Positions 59,821 through 64,000 of a stretch of DNA of 64,000 nt are shown piece after piece. The stretch comes from the human T2T-CHM13v2.0 reference genome, Homo sapiens: NCBI RefSeq assembly GCF_009914755.1, contig NC_060947.1, one strand, 5' to 3'. Numbering within the stretch: the stretch's first letter is position 1; the number at the start of each line of letters is the position of its first letter. The translations under genes and the position numbers were made by a program. The notes beneath the pieces were generated by a model. That model made no database searches. It had not been told where the DNA came from and saw only the letters and a program-made list of their open reading frames with translations.

Positions 59821-62238
59821 ATTTGGTGAGAAAAAGCCCCTTGAAACACACAAGTGGTGGGTGCCGTGGATCAAGGGCCGCCAACCACAGTCAAGCCCCA
59901 GGGCCGCTGGCTGGGCAGACTGGACCCCACAGAACCAAGCCACATGGAACACCCCCTGACCTGGAGGACAGGTCCCTGTCAGAACTGGCTCAGGAGGAAC
60001 TCACTGACTGCGAGGGCCGGGCTGGGCTGGGCCACCGGGAGGAAGGCTGGGGACACAGCCAAGGTGGGGGAGGGACAGGCAGACTGGAGCCCCCTCCAGC
60101 TACACCCTCTTGCTCACAGGACCGTGCCTCCTAGCCAGACTTCTGGAAAGTCTTCTTGACAGTCACCTGCCCCAACCAGGTGTCCCCCCCTTCTCCTTCA
60201 CCCCCTTTGGACAGTTCCCTTCTCTCTCCCATGACCCTCCTCCATGGCCTGGTGCTTCAGCTCCATGACCTCTGGCTTCAAGTAAGGGGGAGGGGCAGGA
60301 GGGACTGGGACGGCCCAGCAGCCTGTTCTCAGAGGCTGGCACCGTGAGCAGGAGAAATGAAGGGCAAAGCCAGGAGACACCAAATGTAGGTTAACTGCAA
60401 GGAAGGAGGGAAGGGAAGGCCATGGCAGAGGCTCCATTGTGCAGACCCACCCCACTGAAGGCTACAGGCTGGCCAGAGCCCCAGCGCCTCACAGGCCTAG
60501 GAGCCCGGGCTTACCATGAAGCCCAGTAGCCACAGTTTCTGGACCCCAGGGAGGTCTCACGGCTGTACAGGCACTGCCACCCAGGGTCCTCCAGGTGCCA
60601 GAGGACAAGAGGTTGGCGAGTCAGGAACCTGCCACAGCCATGCTCGTGCTAAGGGGCTCAGAGGATGCCTGGGCCCAGGTGCACCCTGGCTTGGAATAAC
60701 CTGACCTTCATTCAGGTAACCTTCCGACTCCCCAGCTAGGATATCAAAGTCATGGCGACAGACACTTGGTCGAGTCCACTCTTCTATCACCAGCACAGGT
60801 GCTTCAATATGTGTTGAATGAATGAATGAATGAAGAGGTTCAGTATTTCCTGCAGGGAGCAGAGGGTGGTCTGGGCAGCCTCTGAAATGGACGACTGTTG
60901 TTGAGGCATGGCTGGCGTACCCTCCCCCTCTTTGAAGGGTAGACGGGGTACCCGGGGGAAAGAGCCTTCCACTCACTGCCCTGGAGCCAAATCTCTTCCT
61001 CTTGGTCAGTCTTCTCGCGCCACCCCTCCGGGCATTGGCCCAGAAGCCACTTGCAAAGCGGCCACTGCCCGGCAGGTCAGCAGTCCAGGGGGTGAGACAG
61101 CCCCTGGCAGAGCCAAGGGAGGAGAAAGAGCTGGAGTGTGAAGGTGGGTGAGGAGGGGCTGGGGAGGAAGAGTCGGGGGGTCTGGGAGTGGGGAGTTCCC
61201 CTCTCCTCCCTGGGTCCCGGCCACCCCCTCCCAGTCTGGCTGGCCTGGCTGCCCCCCAGCTCCAGTCTCCCGTTCTCCTCTTGTCCCAGGCTGGCCCACG
61301 ATGGGCAGGCGAGGTAGCCGGGGCACAGGGGAGCAAGCGCCGTCCCACAGCTGTGGTCCTGCCCGCTGTGCTGGGGGCACCTGCCAGGCCAGAGGCAGCT
61401 CCCTCCTGGGGACAGGTCAGCAGCAGGCCCCCAGAGGCCCAGCAGGGAAGTCCAGGGTGAAGCCAAGCTGTCCATGGGAAGTGAGCGAGTCCCCCAAAGG
61501 ACTGAGCCAGTGGGAAAAGACCAGGCCAAAGGGGGCTGTGAGCCACCTTCACGGCAGGGCGGGAGCCAAGGCAGCACCTCCCCCCAGGGCCAACTGTGGA
61601 GCCACATGGTCTGAAGGAGGTGGAAGGAGAGTTGGGGGACCCTCCTCTGCCTTAGGCTGGCTCAGCTGGCCAGGCTGGCTGCGGGATCCTGGGGGCAGAG
61701 GCCTTTCCCACACTGGCATCTAGTTGAAAAAGGAGGTTCAATGAGTTTAAGCGTCCTGATCTGGAGGACAGGGACGTTAGGGCTTTGCATTCACCAGGCA
61801 CCGGTGTCCCCTTAATATACCGAGGGTTCAGCGCTCCCATGTCCCAGCCTTGCCCACCCAGCCCTGGCTGCTGGGAGCTGAGCATGAGTTAGGTGCCCCC
61901 TTGGCCCCTGAGAAACCAGAGCTCAGGGGTTTCTTTTCTTCAGAGACCCTGGGCCCTGGCCAGGAGCACTTGGCCCACAGCAAGGAGCCCTCAGCAGGCC
62001 TGTGCTCCCAGGACGAAAGCCGTCCACCCAGGGCTTAGGGGAAGGGCGGGGATGCCGCTCAGGGAACCTCCGGCTGCAGGGAGCAGGGCCCCCAGGGGGC
62101 CCAGTGCAGGGACAGCTTCGGAGCCCCTTTCCTCAAGCAGAGGCAGGGAGGTGCCCAGTGGCCTTCGGCTGTGTGTCCTGGTGCCCAAGCTTGCCCCTTC
62201 ACCGGGGCGCTGTGGCTGGGGCCTGGGCTGTTGAGACG

Positions 62239-62643
62239 TTGTGGGGTGACTGGTTTGTGCCCCCACTGAAAGATACATCCATATCTTAACACCCAGGCCC
62301 TGTGATCAGGGCCTTATATGCAAATAAAGGGTGTCTGCAGATGTCATTAAATTGAGGATGTGGAGATGAGAGCAACCCAGATGATCCAGGGGGCCCCAAA
62401 TCCAAGGACAGTTTCCTTAGAAGGGACAAGAGAGAGAGACACAGAGAAGGCCATGTGGAGGCGAAGGTGGGGAGTGCCCAGGGTCCCCAGAAGCTGGAAG
62501 AGGTGGGTGGATCCGCCCCCAGAGCCACCGGAGGAAGCACTCGATTCTGGACTCCGGCCTCCAGAACTGGGAGAGTCAATTCCTGTTGGCTGAAGCCAAG
62601 CGGTTTGTGGTCATTTGCTGCGGCAGCCCAGGCCACTCCGACA
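62239..62643 (+). mobile_element. MaLR MLT1-type LTR
   Basis: tgcagatgtcattaaattgaggat...ggcctccagaactgggagag...gaagccaagcggtttgtggtcatttg. Confidence 0.75.
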
Positions 62644-64000
62644 CGAGGGAATGAGCTGAGCCCAGAGTCCTCCTGGGCCGTGGAGGCGGGGGGCGGGGGG
62701 ACCTTTGCACCCGCATCGTCCAGTAACCTGGTGGGGGCTGGGGCGACCTTGGGAAGGCAGCTCCCGTTGTCCTTGGCTCATTTCCAGAGAGCATGAGCGG
62801 CCAACCTGAATGGAGGCTGGGGAGTGAGCCCCTTAGGCCGGGGGCCCCTGGGAGTGCACCCCACTTCCACCGCAGGAGGAAGGGCCGTGTGCAGTGGGCT
62901 GCGGGTCCCACACAAGCCTAGAAATGGGGGAGCAGGGGCCACCGTGTGCACCATTGTTGGCACCGCGTGTGTGGACACATTGGTGGTGGAGGCAGCAGCG
63001 CGGTCAGCTGAAGAGCGCGACGCCTAGAGCAAGTGAAGACGACCTTGACAAGCCCATGATCCTGTCAGGAGATCAATCTCCCTTCCAGCATGTTTTCAGT
63101 TTTTTACTGTAAAGAATTGCAAACACATGCCCAACCTAGAGAGGATGACAGGGCACACCGGCCCCGCTGGCGGTCCTCACACAGCCCTCTCTCCTCTCCA
63201 CTCCCCTTAATGTGGCCCCGAGGCCTGGGGCCTCCTGAGAGAGGCACCTCCATCTGCCTTAAGCAGGGACAGGGCCTTCCAGGCAGCAAACCCGGGTTCA
63301 GAACCTGGACCCTTGTCTACACCAGCCAGGGCTGGAGGTTGGCCCTCTCAGCCTGGGGACTCATAGGGGTGCCCGAAACTCCAGGAATCAGCCCCCTGGG
63401 CCCCCACTGGGCCAGGTCAAAGTCAGTGTGGGTGGGAGGTATTTGCAAGATCGCCATGCAGGAAGTAGGGTCCCAGGGAGAGGACAGGCCCAGACAGCCA
63501 TCGCCGCAGGCATCTGCCCACATGGAAAGCAAGGCGGTAAGCAGAGGCGATGGAATGTGTGTCAACACCGTGCAAAGGGCCAGTGTGGCCGGGGCTGGGG
63601 CAGCGAGGGCGGCAGCCAGGGGCCTCAAGGGGCGGGCAAGAGGCCCGGGAGGCTGGGACTGCCAGGAAGGAAGCCAGCTGCTCAGCCTGGGGCGCCCTCC
63701 CCGAGGCCTGCCCGCTCCCTACCAGCCAGACTTCTAGCCAAGCTCCAGAGCTGGGAGCCCAGCTGCCCACCTAGCATCTCACAGGGATGGCCTTGCACAC
63801 TACACACCTCCACCCAAGTGGAGCAATTCTGTACATTCAAGTACAATTCAGTTGTACAATTCTGTACAATTCAAGTACATTCTCAAGTGTACTTGAGCAA
63901 TTTCTGATGCCGAGCTCCCCTGCCGCGCCACATCTATAGTGGCTCCAGGTGCGGTTGCCTCTTCTCTCCACACCCCTCCCGGGAGCACACACGCAGGCAT

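Noticed and set aside
60557-61723. 331-aa and overlapping ORFs
   Set aside because: Low-complexity GC-rich composition, open in several frames on both strands, no recognisable domain or exon structure.
63824-63900. Short tandem duplications (caattctgtaca...) and hairpin CTCAAG-TGTA-CTTGAG at 63882-63897
   Set aside because: Too short and irregular for an array; most likely slippage in a decayed repeat, with no repeat-spacer structure.

Overview
Mammalian, almost certainly human, genomic DNA matching Xq28. It contains the 3' end of ATP2B3 (PMCA3 Ca2+ pump, + strand): the calmodulin-binding-domain exon (476-658), the 154-nt splice-site-C cassette exon (5158-5311) and the last exon ending in ETSL (15539-15859) with a long 3' UTR. 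The complete five-exon CCNQ/FAM58A gene (cyclin Q/M, 248 aa) lies on the - strand, with its CpG-island promoter at about 34.1-35.3 kb. Further right are a 3'-truncated KRT18 processed pseudogene, an MRFAP1 processed pseudogene inserted in an old L1, an orphan CpG island at about 45.4-46.3 kb, and repeat-rich intergenic DNA (Alu, L1M, MaLR LTRs, Tigger3, microsatellites). Nearly all ORFs in the supplied track are spurious GC-rich or repeat-derived frames. I see no wholly new gene system. The most unusual structure is a pair of ancient inverted L1MB copies flanking CCNQ exon 5 that share a 175-bp tract at about 95% identity, which looks like ectopic GC-biased gene conversion. Several candidate unannotated exons and retro-ORFs are also worth checking. 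Gene identities and repeat subfamilies come from recalled sequences, not from database searches, and repeat boundaries are approximate.
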